A stretch of DNA of 63,992 nucleotides, filler included, from Candidatus Hydrogenedentota bacterium (GCA_040752395.1; 9 parts of 9 records of this genome joined end to end with filler, not necessarily neighbours in it); one strand, 5' to 3'; positions 31,179 through 41,144 are shown, counted from the first letter of the whole stretch. The notes: generated from the letters alone by a model not told the origin. A program made the numbers and translations.

Positions 31179-32594
31179 CTAGCCACTACCTACCACAAAT
31201 GCACCGTCGATTATTTTTATAAAAAACGGTGATTGTTCTGTGGAGATTTTAATACTATTTTTTGGTGAATAGAACTCAGTGCCCGGATAAATTTTCTTTG
31301 CAGATATAACCGAGGCATAGGATTCGTTAATTTTAAACGAAAGTAATCTTGTTTCAATTATAATAGCTAAAATCTCACCAATAGACTTTTTTCTTAGAGC
31401 AATTAATGCATCATATAGTTTAAGTTTTTCTTCATCAAGTTTACCCTCTTTTTTCTGCGATTCAAGGATATTAATATTTTTGTCTGACTCAATATAACTT
31501 CTGCGATTTTTAATAAATTCCTTCTCAAGCTGCATAAATCTTGCAAACGCCTCGTAGGGTAGTCCGCATTCTATCACAGTGCGTGGATATGCCTCAGCTC
31601 CGATAACATTCGCAACAACACCTTTTGTAGCAGTAATTTTACCACCTATAATTGCACCTTTCCCCTCCTCAACTTTTAAAAAACCACCTGTATATATTTC
31701 GCTATGCATTATAGAATCGTGAACTATACAATCTTCTTTTGAATATACTATACCCTGATTGACAAATAATACCTCAACTTTTTCAGCGGTGATAATCCCT
31801 TTTTCTTTGCCATTAAAACCACCTTTTATTGTTACAGATTTTCCAGACTCAATGTTTGCAGCACCAACTGCTCCATTAATCACAATTTCTTCATTAGCTT
31901 TTATAATATAACCATCTAAAACAGAGCCCTGAACAATTACGCTACCAACAAAATGTATGTTACCGGTTGCTGAGCCAACATCTCCACTAACAATATACAC
32001 AGGGTCAACTTCTATACGATTTTTTCGTATCACTACCATTCCGTCACAGGAAGCATATAGTTCGTTCCCATCTTGAGAAAAATAAGTATTCGTGCCTCCA
32101 AGAAGTTTGACATCCGCAACTCGGCTTGGATGAATCGTGAGACGTTTTACAGATATACCTGTCCGTCCGTAAACAGGTGGTATATGAACAGCTAACAACT
32201 GATCCTTAACAATATTCTCAATTTTATGTAATTCTTTAAGATTAACTCTACCGTGTTCATCTACTTTTGGCATGGTTTCAGAATCAATTCTGAATTTATA
32301 ATCGATATAGCCATCTTTCCCCTCAACCGCAGGTTTCCCCCATGCTATCTCCACCCATTGTTCTTCTATCTTTTTACTGATAACATTTTCAAAGATTGAC
32401 TCATCTATACCGTATTTAATACCTTTTGAGTTTATTATGGCTTTTATTTCTTCGGCAGATGGTCTATACTGAAGAAAGGTACTTGCATCGATACGAATAT
32501 ATCCTTTAAGGTCATTATCTCTGAAATCAACAGCAATATGTCGTTTCAAAGCATTCTCTCTTGGGATATCTTTTTCATCTTCTATATCAGCCAC
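31179..32594 (-). CDS. FapA/DUF342 flagellar assembly protein
   Basis: Motifs GIKYGID, GKPAVEGKDG and GDVGSATGNIHFVGSVIVQGSV. Confidence 0.88.
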   Translation of the reverse strand: MADIEDEKDIPRENALKRHIAVDFRDNDLKGYIRIDASTFLQYRPSAEEIKAIINSKGIKYGIDESIFENVISKKIEEQWVEIAWGKPAVEGKDGYIDYKFRIDSETMPKVDEHGRVNLKELHKIENIVKDQLLAVHIPPVYGRTGISVKRLTIHPSRVADVKLLGGTNTYFSQDGNELYASCDGMVVIRKNRIEVDPVYIVSGDVGSATGNIHFVGSVIVQGSVLDGYIIKANEEIVINGAVGAANIESGKSVTIKGGFNGKEKGIITAEKVEVLFVNQGIVYSKEDCIVHDSIMHSEIYTGGFLKVEEGKGAIIGGKITATKGVVANVIGAEAYPRTVIECGLPYEAFARFMQLEKEFIKNRRSYIESDKNINILESQKKEGKLDEEKLKLYDALIALRKKSIGEILAIIIETRLLSFKINESYASVISAKKIYPGTEFYSPKNSIKISTEQSPFFIKIIDGAFVVGSG

Positions 32595-32889
32595 TTAAGA
32601 ACCCCTTTGAAAAACGTTAAAAAGTTAAAAGTAAAGAAAAAATATCTTGTTTTTTATACGTTATGTGGGCAGAAGAAACTTGAAATATATATTATATTTT
32701 ATAAAATAAAAAATCAAGGATAATAAATCAAGATAATAATTGCAAAAAAAATTAAAAATTGATATAATAGACCAGAGTATAAAAATTTCATTTAAGCACT
32801 TGCCTCTGGCTTATTGCATCTCGCTTCTTATCACGGGAGCCAACTCTTGAACTCATGAACTCATCAACTTTTTCGAAGGAGTCCTTACG

Positions 32890-33654
32890 ATGGAGATGAA
32901 CAAAGAGTATTTAGATAATATAGTGATAATAAAATGTGAAAAGATTATGGATATAAATGTGCTTAAAGATCTGGATAAAGTATTTAAAGAGTGTTTAAAT
33001 GCAAATGATATATATCTTGTTCTTGATTTAATAGATACTAAATTTCTCGATAGCATAATAGCAGGAAAAATACTGGCTATGCTTAAACTCTTCCACGCAA
33101 AAGGTGGAGATATAAAATTATTAAACCCACAATTAAATGTTATTCAGGCTTTGAAAACACTCGGCGTCATCGGATTGATTGATATCTATGACAACATTGA
33201 TGAGATAAAAAAATCATTTACTCAAAGAGAACTTGAAAAAGAGGAACTTGAGTTTATTAAAAAAGAAGTTATAAAAAAAATTTTAATTAAATATGATGGG
33301 TTATGTACTGATATAACTATCGAGGACAGATTGCAGGCTGCTATTGAAGGAAGATATGTACCTAATATTGAAAGAGACTTAAATATTGTGGATATGTTTA
33401 GCAAAAAAAAGATGGTTCTTTTTGATAATGTAGATGAGTTCTGTGAACATCTTGAAAAATATTTCAGGGCAAGAAGTCTCTCTTTTGAAGATATAAAAAA
33501 TATGAAAAATGAAATGATAAAACTTAATGAATATTACTTAAAAGCTCTTAATAAAGAGATTAACATTGAAGAGTTATATAAAATTTTTGATATTGGTAAA
33601 TTCGATGCTATAAATAGAAAACTCGAACAGTTAAAAAAAATGATTGAAGAATAA
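32890..33654 (+). CDS. STAS-domain anti-sigma-factor antagonist with C-terminal extension
   Basis: Motif LVLDLIDTKFLDS...GGDIKLLNP. Confidence 0.75.
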   Translation: MEMNKEYLDNIVIIKCEKIMDINVLKDLDKVFKECLNANDIYLVLDLIDTKFLDSIIAGKILAMLKLFHAKGGDIKLLNPQLNVIQALKTLGVIGLIDIYDNIDEIKKSFTQRELEKEELEFIKKEVIKKILIKYDGLCTDITIEDRLQAAIEGRYVPNIERDLNIVDMFSKKKMVLFDNVDEFCEHLEKYFRARSLSFEDIKNMKNEMIKLNEYYLKALNKEINIEELYKIFDIGKFDAINRKLEQLKKMIEE

Positions 33655-33676
33655 TAAAGAAATGATATAATTTTTT

Positions 33677-34034
33677 GATACTTCTTACTTTTTCGAACTA
33701 CACTATTGGGTTCTTGGGTTATTGGGTTATTGGGTTTTTGCGTTTTTGCGCTCTACACAACGTATGAAAAACTAAAGATGATATGAAAAGAGTCGTGAGT
33801 CAAAACAGGACTCGAGACTCAAGACTCAAGACTTTTCAGCAGGCTTTTGGCTTTTGTCTCCAGCCGGCTGTAGTCCGTAGCCTGTAGCCTGTCCTGATAC
33901 CTCTCACTTCTTCCGTTATCTTGCTTCTTGCTTCTTGCTTCTTGCTTCTTTCGTTATCTTTCTTTCCGTTATCTTGCTTCTTGCCTCTTGCTTCTACTTG
34001 ATATTATTAGAGTTACAATGTTTTTCAGAGGAGG
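33677..34034 (+). repeat. Most complete modular repeat copy (ATTGGGTT tract, A, B, C, D)
   Basis: All main modules in one orientation, ending in TTTTTCAGAGGAGG 5 nt before the ATG. Confidence 0.92.
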
Positions 34035-34039
34035 CTTAT

Positions 34040-34720
34040 ATGGATACCATTGATAAAGTTTTCCCATGGGAAGACCCGTCACTTGACATCTGGCAACGAT
34101 GTATTGAAACAATAAAAGGCGTGCTTTTTCAACCCGCTTCCACATTCGCTAAGATATCTCCTCAAACAGGTATAGGTAAATCATTATTATTTGCTGTTAT
34201 TTTCGGTACAATCGGGAATGTATTTGCAACAATTTATCAACTTGTTTTACAAAGTTTCAGTATGCTTGGGCCGTTTTTCGGGACCAGACCAGATATAAAG
34301 GAAAGTGTTCTCGGTTTTATCGCGATGCCAATTGTCCTTGTATTATTTATTATTATATCGCCACTTTTAGTTATGGTTGGTGTATTTATCTGGGCAGGAA
34401 TATATCATTTATTCCTTTTATTATTTCGAGCCGCAGAAGGTGGTTTTGAAGCTACAATAAAAGTTGTAGCTTATACGATGGGTTCCACGATGTTGTTTAA
34501 TATCGTTCCTTTTTGCGGTTGTATTATTGCAGGTATCTGGAGTCTCGTCTGCTACATTATAGGTTTTAAAGTTGTTCATTCTACAGATACATCAAAGGCT
34601 GTTTTTGCAGTATTGCTGCCTCTTATTATTGTATGCTGCTGTTGTATAGCAGTTATTATGATGATAGCAGGGATGGGTGCGTTTGCCGGATTTACTGCCT
34701 ATCAAGGACAAGGCTTTTAA
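34040..34720 (+). CDS. YIP1-family membrane protein
   Basis: FPWED...VLFQPASTF, GGFEATIKVVAY and five TM segments. Start reassigned to after the SD. Confidence 0.8.
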   Translation: MDTIDKVFPWEDPSLDIWQRCIETIKGVLFQPASTFAKISPQTGIGKSLLFAVIFGTIGNVFATIYQLVLQSFSMLGPFFGTRPDIKESVLGFIAMPIVLVLFIIISPLLVMVGVFIWAGIYHLFLLLFRAAEGGFEATIKVVAYTMGSTMLFNIVPFCGCIIAGIWSLVCYIIGFKVVHSTDTSKAVFAVLLPLIIVCCCCIAVIMMIAGMGAFAGFTAYQGQGF

Positions 34721-34745
34721 GTCGGGTACTGATTCTAACAACACA

Positions 34746-35441
34746 GTGAATAATTACAAAGCTATATCGTTTGACCTTTATAATACAATCCTTGAGATAG
34801 AGACTGATGAAGAATCAGCTGAAACCTTTGATACATATTCAAAACTCTTAAGCGAGAAAAAGATATTTATTCCACCAAATACATTAAAAGAAGATTATAA
34901 AAATATCTTGCAAGAAACAATAAAGACAACAAAACAAGGAAGAGAGATCGATATAAAGAAAGTATTTAGAAAAATATTTATCAAAAATAAAGTGGTAATA
35001 ACTGGTGATAGAGTTGATGAATTGATCTATTTATTCAGGATCGCATCAAGAAAAAAGATTAGATTAAAGATCGAATTAAGAGATTTTTTAAAAGAATTGA
35101 AAACTTGCTATAAACTCTACATCGTAAGTGATGCTCAAAAATATTTTGCTTTTCCTGAAATAAAATTATTTAGTATAGACAAAATTTTTAATAGAATTAT
35201 TCTATCCCAGATTATAGGTTATAAAAAGTCATCAGGTAAATTGTTTGAGTATCTTATGAAAGAAGAGCATCTTGGTAAAGATGATATTATACATATAGGT
35301 GATGATGAGGATAGTGATCTACAGGGTGCGAGTAAAAGCGGTATAAAATGTATAATTATAGACTCTGTCGATGAAGTTATACAAGCTTTTCAGTCTATAG
35401 ACTATGAAATCAGTCGAGGGATTGAAAGATTCAAAGATTGA
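34746..35441 (+). CDS. HAD-family hydrolase
   Basis: Motifs FDLYNT, VSDAQ, KK and HIGDDEDSDL.GA. GTG start inferred. Confidence 0.85.
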   Translation: MNNYKAISFDLYNTILEIETDEESAETFDTYSKLLSEKKIFIPPNTLKEDYKNILQETIKTTKQGREIDIKKVFRKIFIKNKVVITGDRVDELIYLFRIASRKKIRLKIELRDFLKELKTCYKLYIVSDAQKYFAFPEIKLFSIDKIFNRIILSQIIGYKKSSGKLFEYLMKEEHLGKDDIIHIGDDEDSDLQGASKSGIKCIIIDSVDEVIQAFQSIDYEISRGIERFKD

Positions 35442-35593
35442 AAAATTAAAAATTCAAAATTAGGAGACAGGAGACAGAAGACAGGAGGAGAAGACACAGA
35501 GGCACAGAGGCACAAAGGATATTAGGGGATGGGTCATAGGGGATGGGGTATATTAGGGGTCGGGAGTCGCAAGTCGTGAGTCAAAACAGGACT
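35420..35593 (+). repeat. Modular repeat copy with G-run module at contig end
   Basis: AAAGATTG, TTCAAAA, AGGAGAC and GGCACAGA tracts, then GGGGATGGG...GGGGTCGGG, then module A. Confidence 0.9.
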
Positions 35594-35693
35594 NNNNNNN
35601 NNNNNNNNNNNNNNNNNNNNNNNNNNNNNNNNNNNNNTTAATTAATTAANNNNNNNNNNNNNNNNNNNNNNNNNNNNNNNNNNNNNNNNNNNN

Positions 35694-35862
35694 TTTTTCA
35701 TGCTTTGTGTAGAGCGCAAAAACGCAATAACCCAATAACCCAAGAACCCAAGAACCCAATAGTGTAGAGCGCAATCCGCGCTCATGAGTACTCCTTTTGA
35801 AAACAGACCGGCTGACTACAAAAATTTTACTTTTAACTTTTTAATTTTAACTTTATTATATT
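35694..35862 (-). repeat. Modular repeat copy (F plus ATTGGGTT tract) at contig start
   Basis: GGAGTACTCATGAGCGCGGATTGCGCTCTACAC on the minus strand. Confidence 0.85.
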
Positions 35863-35866
35863 ACTT

Positions 35867-36757
35867 ATGACTGAATTTGATAAGTATTTTTATACACTAA
35901 ATAAATACTATCGTGAATTATTCGGCTGCCGAACCCAGCGAATAGCTATACGAACAGAATCTACCTGCCCCAATAGAGATGGTACAAAAGCAAGTGGTGG
36001 GTGTATATATTGTTCATCTGAAAATCTTATGCCACCAGGGTATTATAAAAACAAGCCTGTGAAAGAACAAATAATTGATAGTATGAATAGAAATAAAAAA
36101 ATAAAAAAATTTATAGCTTATTTTCAAGACCATACGTTTACTTATAATTCGATAGAAAGAATGCAGGCATCTATTAAACCTGTTTTTGAGTTTGACAGGA
36201 TTATAGGGATCTCTATAGGTACAAGGCCAGATACTTTTAATAAAGAGATAATCAATCTTTTGGTCGAGTTAAAAGAGAAGAGATATTTAGAGATCGAGCT
36301 CGGACTCCAGTCTGCAAATGATAAAACACTTGAGTTTATAAACCGCAAACATACAGTAGCGGAATTCGTAAATGCAGTTAAAATGTTAGCAGATTTCAAT
36401 ATCCCTGTTATCGCACATATTATCATAGGGCTTCCTTATGAAGATAAAAATGATTTTATTAAAACAAGGGATTTATTAAACAGGTTGCCTGTAAAAGGTG
36501 TTAAATTTCATAATCTACATATACTTAAAAATACTTATCTTGAAAAATTATATAAGGAGAACAAAGTTAATGTTTTAGAGATGGATGAATATATAGATAT
36601 TCTTGTAGAACTAATCAAAGGTTTACGAAAAGATATAGTTGTTTATAGATTACTTGGCGAGGCATCTATGCAATTAACAATAGCTCCTCAATGGATTCAC
36701 AAAAAAGATGTATTTATGAATAAATTATTATATATTCTAAGAAAGCAGTTCTGCTGA
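35867..36757 (+). CDS. TIGR01212-type radical SAM protein (YhcC/YtqA-like)
   Basis: Motifs TCPNRDG...GGCIYC, IGTRPD, ELGLQS and GVKFHNL. Confidence 0.9.
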   Translation: MTEFDKYFYTLNKYYRELFGCRTQRIAIRTESTCPNRDGTKASGGCIYCSSENLMPPGYYKNKPVKEQIIDSMNRNKKIKKFIAYFQDHTFTYNSIERMQASIKPVFEFDRIIGISIGTRPDTFNKEIINLLVELKEKRYLEIELGLQSANDKTLEFINRKHTVAEFVNAVKMLADFNIPVIAHIIIGLPYEDKNDFIKTRDLLNRLPVKGVKFHNLHILKNTYLEKLYKENKVNVLEMDEYIDILVELIKGLRKDIVVYRLLGEASMQLTIAPQWIHKKDVFMNKLLYILRKQFC

Positions 36758-36885
36758 CTCAACTTTGTTTCAGCCGAAAAACTGCCAGGACAAACGAGCG
36801 ACTCCCGAGCTATTGCTTAATATTTACACAAGGATTTAATATTCAGAGAAAATAATGATTAAAATAAAAATAATTATGCGTTTCA

Positions 36886-37446
36886 TCAGCTGATCTTGAA
36901 TAATCGACTTAATTTTTTCAATATTTCAGGTGAACCCTTTACTTCACATAAAGGCTTTAATTGTCTAAATATATAGCTAACATCAAGACCCTTTTTCTGG
37001 CGTTTAATAATTCCTTCAATATCCACCCAATCCTGTGGTCTTTCTGCAAAAGCTTTTAATATTATGAGGTCCTCTGCTGAACAAGTAATGATAGAAAAAT
37101 CTTTTATATACTCAAATGTAGATGCCCTTTTAATCATTTTTTTTTCAAAAGGTAGAGCAGCAAGCGCGATATCCGCGGATATACCATTCTTTGCTTTTAG
37201 AAGAAGCACCCTATTTTTTAATGCAAACTCTTTCGGATTAGCTATGCGTGATTTATATCTTTTTAACAATGCATCAATATATTTATGTTCCGACCCAAAT
37301 CCAGTCAGCAGGCTGATATCTATATCCTGGGTCATTCTGACCTCCCCCCATCGTATTACTGCTAAACCACCTATTATACAGAAAGACCATTTTTGTGATT
37401 TAAAAAATTCTTGAAAATCTAAAGCTGCTTCAAGTAGTAAACTCAT
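36886..37446 (-). CDS. Nucleotidyltransferase (DUF6036/AbiEii-like)
   Basis: Motifs IIGGLAV..WG.VR.TQDID and EDLIILKA.A.RPQDW.D. Confidence 0.75.
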   Translation of the reverse strand: MSLLLEAALDFQEFFKSQKWSFCIIGGLAVIRWGEVRMTQDIDISLLTGFGSEHKYIDALLKRYKSRIANPKEFALKNRVLLLKAKNGISADIALAALPFEKKMIKRASTFEYIKDFSIITCSAEDLIILKAFAERPQDWVDIEGIIKRQKKGLDVSYIFRQLKPLCEVKGSPEILKKLSRLFKIS

Positions 37447-37685
37447 CGAGCTATTTCTATAAAGTATTTTTGCTGTTCAACTAATCCACTATATTTTCTC
37501 TCTTTAGAAAATTTATAAGCTAATTGAAGCATATCATCCACTATATGCTGATTTTTCTTATAATCAAATAACTGTAATTCCATATTCTTTAATTTATCTA
37601 AGTTTTTGCCTGCTCTTTTCCAGGTATTAACCCATAGTTTAATATCATTCTTATCATCTTGTTTTATAATATCACGTTTTTTCAT
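37443..37685 (-). CDS. Small protein coupled to the nucleotidyltransferase (putative TA partner)
   Basis: 80-aa ORF with an ATGA overlap with the downstream gene. Confidence 0.65.
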   Translation of the reverse strand: MKKRDIIKQDDKNDIKLWVNTWKRAGKNLDKLKNMELQLFDYKKNQHIVDDMLQLAYKFSKERKYSGLVEQQKYFIEIAR

Positions 37686-37794
37686 AGTTATTACCTTACA
37701 ATATTAAGTTGATATTGTAATGTCAATATGAATTTTAATCTGAAAGATCAAATATGGTTTTAATGCTGTAATAAAGAGTTTCAGCCTGTACTTC

Positions 37795-38982
37795 TCATTC
37801 GGCCAACTTATACTCAATTAGCTTTCCTACAAACGAACCTACTGCAATCTTTGCTTTAACATATACAGGTATCTTAAGATAATCATCAGTTAGCCAGACC
37901 TCAACATCACCCTTTCCCATAAATATGCCTTCTGATTGTAATCTTGGTATAACAAGGATAGTTTTAAATCTTCCAGCTGGTACACTGATAAGCTCTTTTT
38001 TAGTAACATCTATACGTAGATTATAATTTTTTCTTCCATCAAATACAGGTATCTCTATATACTTACCCACCTGTAAATCCATTGTTCTTATGTTATACAA
38101 TGCGCCGAGAACATCGGTAACAAAGGGTTGGATATGCATTGGTTGGTATTTTTCATTGTTTTTTGTTCTTATCGCTATGCCTTTAACAGGCTCTATCTCA
38201 ACTATCTCGTCCTTCTTTTTTAAAGCCTCTCTAAGATGTTTTTCATAGCGATAGGTAAATAAACCCTCTTTATCAAGATATGTTTCAAGTATATCCTTAA
38301 CTTTAAACCAGAATAAAGATATACTCTCAGTACGCATTCTTATGTAATATGTTTTTCTGTTATTAAACAGCTGACCCTCTGCAACACCAATCTCAGAACG
38401 ACCTGCCGGGATCCCGAAATAAGTAATTTTATATTTTAAAACTTCTCCTGGCAAAAAGGCATTATTTACTTTTACAGGATATACAATCTCAGGCTCCTTT
38501 TTAGCGATCAGGGGTGGTGGCGGCGGTTTGGGTTTAACAATTTTTTCAGGTGGTTTAATTACACCTTTATATACCCAGACGAGTTGACCTGATGCCAAAA
38601 TAATTGGGTTCCAGAGCGCTGTCTCTTTAAGTACAAAATACGTCTCGCCTATATTTATAGTATCGTATTTTAAATTCCAATCAGGTCTATCAAAATAGAA
38701 GTATATACTCTCAGCTTTTTGTTCGATAAGGTATCGTGTATCAATTACTGTTACTTGTTTAATAATTATTACAGTTTCAGTCAGAAGTGATGTTGTTTCC
38801 AGTGTCTCGATACACTTTATAATTTCTTGAATGGTTGTATCTTCTTCTGGCAAACCAGGGGTAGTTGTATCTGTTGAAATCTGCTGTGGCTGTTCTTCCC
38901 AGGTATCTTCGATAATGATCTCTTTTTCTCTTACACAGGATATGGTAAAAAATATACACGTAATTAAAAATAATTTTTTCAT
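37795..38982 (-). CDS. DUF3108-domain lipoprotein
   Basis: Signal MKKLF...ISC; motifs GEVLKY.I.YFGIPAG, VPAGRFKT and VWLTDD..KIPV. Confidence 0.75.
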   Translation of the reverse strand: MKKLFLITCIFFTISCVREKEIIIEDTWEEQPQQISTDTTTPGLPEEDTTIQEIIKCIETLETTSLLTETVIIIKQVTVIDTRYLIEQKAESIYFYFDRPDWNLKYDTINIGETYFVLKETALWNPIILASGQLVWVYKGVIKPPEKIVKPKPPPPPLIAKKEPEIVYPVKVNNAFLPGEVLKYKITYFGIPAGRSEIGVAEGQLFNNRKTYYIRMRTESISLFWFKVKDILETYLDKEGLFTYRYEKHLREALKKKDEIVEIEPVKGIAIRTKNNEKYQPMHIQPFVTDVLGALYNIRTMDLQVGKYIEIPVFDGRKNYNLRIDVTKKELISVPAGRFKTILVIPRLQSEGIFMGKGDVEVWLTDDYLKIPVYVKAKIAVGSFVGKLIEYKLAE

Positions 38983-39095
38983 ATTATTAATGTTATTTTT
39001 AACTATAGTTAAGCAGAAAATACAAGATAAAAATTCATAGTTTTGAGGCACAAAGGCACATCTGTCTCCTGCTTCTTCATTCCACCTATAACTGA

Positions 39096-39184
39096 GAACG
39101 TGTGAAAAAATTAGACTTTTTTAGAAAATGTGGACTGATAATAAAAAACTTAGCAGGTATTAATGTTGATTATTTCACACGTTC
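39096..39184. mobile_element. 89-bp MITE with 12-bp TIRs and a possible TGA target duplication
   Basis: TGA|GAACGTGTGAAA...TTTCACACGTTC|TGA. Confidence 0.6.
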
Positions 39185-39303
39185 TGAGGCATTACCATTT
39201 TATCACATTGATATTGACTTATTCTAAATAATAATATATAAAGAGAGCAGGTCTTTACAACATTTTTCTTGTAACTTCATAAAGGGGCTGTATTGTAATA
39301 ACT

Positions 39304-40053
39304 ATGAGCCAGGAATGGAAGGATTTTTCTAAAATATTTCCAAGAGTATTGAATAAAGAAGAGAGACGGATAAAAGCTTACAAAATACGGCAGATTATAA
39401 GCGACTATACCTCGAAAACAAGCGGTTTTACACCGCAAACGATGATCGATATTGGGTGTTCAAGCGGTATAATTACATCTGAAATCGCTGAGATTTTTGA
39501 TAAAGCAATAGGATTTGACGTAGACATAAATGCGTTAAGATACGCTAAAGATTCACTTTGCAGAAGGGTTTTATGGGTTGTATCGAACGCTCAAGCGTTA
39601 CCTGTAAAGAATAACTCCGTTGACCTTGTAATCTGCAACCATATTTATCAATATATGGGAGACCCGAAACTTATGATGAATGAGATAGAACGGGTATTAA
39701 AGCCCGGAGGGATCTGCTATCTCGCTGTAGCAAACAGGTTTGCGCTTTTTTTTAAGAATTATCCGCTTATAGGGATTCTCCTGTGGCTGCCTCCGAGATT
39801 ATTAAAGAAGATCAAATTTATTTTTCCTGAAAAATTTTTTTCTCAAAAACTTGTTGATAGGACGGAGCATCTTAAATTGATCTCAGGATTTGACTTTACG
39901 GAATACACGATTGATATATTAAAAAGACCGGGAAAGTATTTTACCGAGATACCGCTTTTTTACAGTATCCTATCAAAAGTACCGGAGTCTATTTTAAAAA
40001 GCTTAATATACTTTTCATTCAGTTTCATCTGGATTCTTAAGAAGAAAAAATGA
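39304..40053 (+). CDS. Class I SAM-dependent methyltransferase
   Basis: Motifs IDIGCSSG, LPVKNNSVDLV and RVLKPGG. Confidence 0.88.
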   Translation: MSQEWKDFSKIFPRVLNKEERRIKAYKIRQIISDYTSKTSGFTPQTMIDIGCSSGIITSEIAEIFDKAIGFDVDINALRYAKDSLCRRVLWVVSNAQALPVKNNSVDLVICNHIYQYMGDPKLMMNEIERVLKPGGICYLAVANRFALFFKNYPLIGILLWLPPRLLKKIKFIFPEKFFSQKLVDRTEHLKLISGFDFTEYTIDILKRPGKYFTEIPLFYSILSKVPESILKSLIYFSFSFIWILKKKK

Positions 40054-41087
40054 GTATCATCAGCCACTTTTTATCATATAAAGACAGACTGCGGTCATAT
40101 CACCTGCATGGCCTCAAAAGTTGCGGTATAAAAAAGATTAGTAACATACTGCAAACCGAGTACTCAATATATAAAGGCGAGACCATCCTCAAATCCAAAC
40201 CCTATATCGCCAACATAGATATAGGAAACGTCTGCAATTACAAGTGCAGATTCTGCCCCACGGGCGAGGGAAGAAGGGGAAGAGAAACTATTATTATGTC
40301 CTATGATAGATTCAAGGATATTTTTTTCAGGCTCCACTATGATTACTTTCTGATACTCTACCTTCATATCTGGGGCGAACCGCTTTTAAATAATGATTTG
40401 GGAAAAATCATCAGACTGATAAAAGAGAAGAACGTTTTCTGCGGGTTCAGCACGAATTTAAGTCTTATGACTTACGAAAAAGCCTTTGAAATAGTTGAGA
40501 GCGGACTTGATTTTATGGTTCTCAGTCTTGACGCGGCAACAGAAGAGTCATACAGGAAATTCAGGACAGGAACTTTTGAGAACGTGATTAGAGGGCTTGA
40601 ATATCTTATCAAAGCGCGCGGCAAATTAAAAAAGAGCAAACCATATCTGGAATGGCAGTTTATACTTTTTGAGCACAACAGATCCGAGCTTGAAATGGCA
40701 AAACGATTAAGCGTGGAATACGGCGTTGATAATTTTACGGTTCTTGAGCCTTATGTTGAGGACAAAACGTGGATTCCATTGGGGAAACAGGACAAATCGG
40801 TTTATAAACATTCATCCCTGCGTTTCTGCAAACGTCCCTGGACGCATATAGCGATCCAGTCTGATGGCGGAGTCTCGCCCTGCTGCTGGGTTTATTATAA
40901 AAAAGACGATTTTGGAAATATACTCGATAAAGATTTTGACGGTATCTGGAACGGCGGTCAATATATAAGCGCAAGAGAAATCCTTTTGAATAAAGATGGT
41001 ACAGGCATAAAGAATGTCTGTCACCTATGTTCCAAAACCAATGTATCGCCGTTTGCATCGTTAAGAGATAAAGATGGGAATGCTTGA
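40050..41087 (+). CDS. Radical SAM/SPASM-domain protein
   Basis: Motifs CNYKCRFC, WGEPLL and C-terminal CKRPW...DGGVSPCC...CHLC. Confidence 0.9.
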   Translation: MSIISHFLSYKDRLRSYHLHGLKSCGIKKISNILQTEYSIYKGETILKSKPYIANIDIGNVCNYKCRFCPTGEGRRGRETIIMSYDRFKDIFFRLHYDYFLILYLHIWGEPLLNNDLGKIIRLIKEKNVFCGFSTNLSLMTYEKAFEIVESGLDFMVLSLDAATEESYRKFRTGTFENVIRGLEYLIKARGKLKKSKPYLEWQFILFEHNRSELEMAKRLSVEYGVDNFTVLEPYVEDKTWIPLGKQDKSVYKHSSLRFCKRPWTHIAIQSDGGVSPCCWVYYKKDDFGNILDKDFDGIWNGGQYISAREILLNKDGTGIKNVCHLCSKTNVSPFASLRDKDGNA

Positions 41088-41144
41088 GAATATTTTGTCG
41101 ATCATATTTACGGAGTAATATGGATTAACATAGTACGTATTGCG

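Noticed and set aside
33677-34034. Repeats interpreted as a CRISPR array
   Set aside because: There is no regular repeat-spacer periodicity or unique spacers, and no cas genes are present.
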